Below, piece after piece: positions 63,715 through 64,000 of a DNA stretch of 64,000 nt. Numbering within the stretch: position 1 is the stretch's first letter; each line of letters starts with the position of its first letter. Source of the DNA: Podarcis pityusensis (lineage: Eukaryota); NCBI GenBank assembly GCA_964106645.2, contig OZ067047.1; one strand, written 5' to 3'. The notes beneath the pieces are model-generated. The model was not told the DNA's origin. It did not search any database and saw nothing but the letters and a program-made list of their open reading frames with translations. The translations under genes were made by a program, and so were the position numbers.

Positions 63715-64000
63715 CTAGAATAGCACAGTCAGAAATGAATTTCTTGCAAGTGCATATGAGACAGTTAACTTTTCAGTTGCAGAATAAATTCACAGAGCTG
63801 ATCAACAATGGTTTTAAGGAAGGTAATGACAATGAACAACATTAACATAATTAATGGTTAGTTAGACCATGGACAAAAGGAACACCTTAAACGGTACAAA
63901 AGAGGGAAAATATGATATATACAGTCAGAGACAAACATATAAGGATCCTTTGCATTTTCCATTTACACTGCAAAAAAGATTCACCCATGTTTTTCCAGGA

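Larger units (their letters stand above)
1..64000 (-). other. NAV3: Internal portion of the neuron navigator 3 gene (window entirely intragenic; both gene ends lie outside)
   Basis: Nine spliced exons with consistent phases give a continuous protein matching vertebrate NAV3 (e.g. SKPWRSKSMNVKHSATSTML, KNIADLRQNLEETMSSLRGTQISHS, GYMSDGD, SWDDSSSVSSGLSDTLDN). Confidence 0.97.

Noticed and set aside
1-64000. CRISPR arrays, operons or other prokaryotic systems
   Set aside because: The sequence is a spliced vertebrate gene with reptile transposons; no repeat-spacer array or prokaryotic gene organisation is present.

Overview
Vertebrate genomic DNA from a squamate reptile, most likely a lacertid lizard given the Sauria SINE and MITE families. 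The whole window lies inside one minus-strand gene, neuron navigator 3 (NAV3). Nine canonical coding exons (about human exons 7-15, numbering from memory) can be read with GT-AG sites and fully consistent phases: 63575-63714, 56652-57684, 49756-49871, 34205-34313, 32405-32788, 27659-27778, 4394-4532, 1958-2234 and 1-116 (partial). The introns carry many SINEs, L2/CR1 fragments, hAT and Tc1/mariner-type MITEs, and microsatellites. The most notable observation is an intact intronic coding exon (40945-41476) homologous to the N-terminal exon of the paralog NAV1. It splices in frame into the EDPE exon and predicts an internally initiated, CH-domain-less, NAV1-like NAV3 isoform. The same intron holds three smaller phase-compatible candidate first exons, one with an N-myristoylation consensus and one Cys-rich. 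Also notable are a candidate poison or alternative-first exon at 8309-8410, a perfect 44-bp-arm palindrome at 56340-56428, and a Sox/CRE/octamer motif cluster near 4119-4182. Comparisons with human NAV proteins are from recalled sequence and need alignment.
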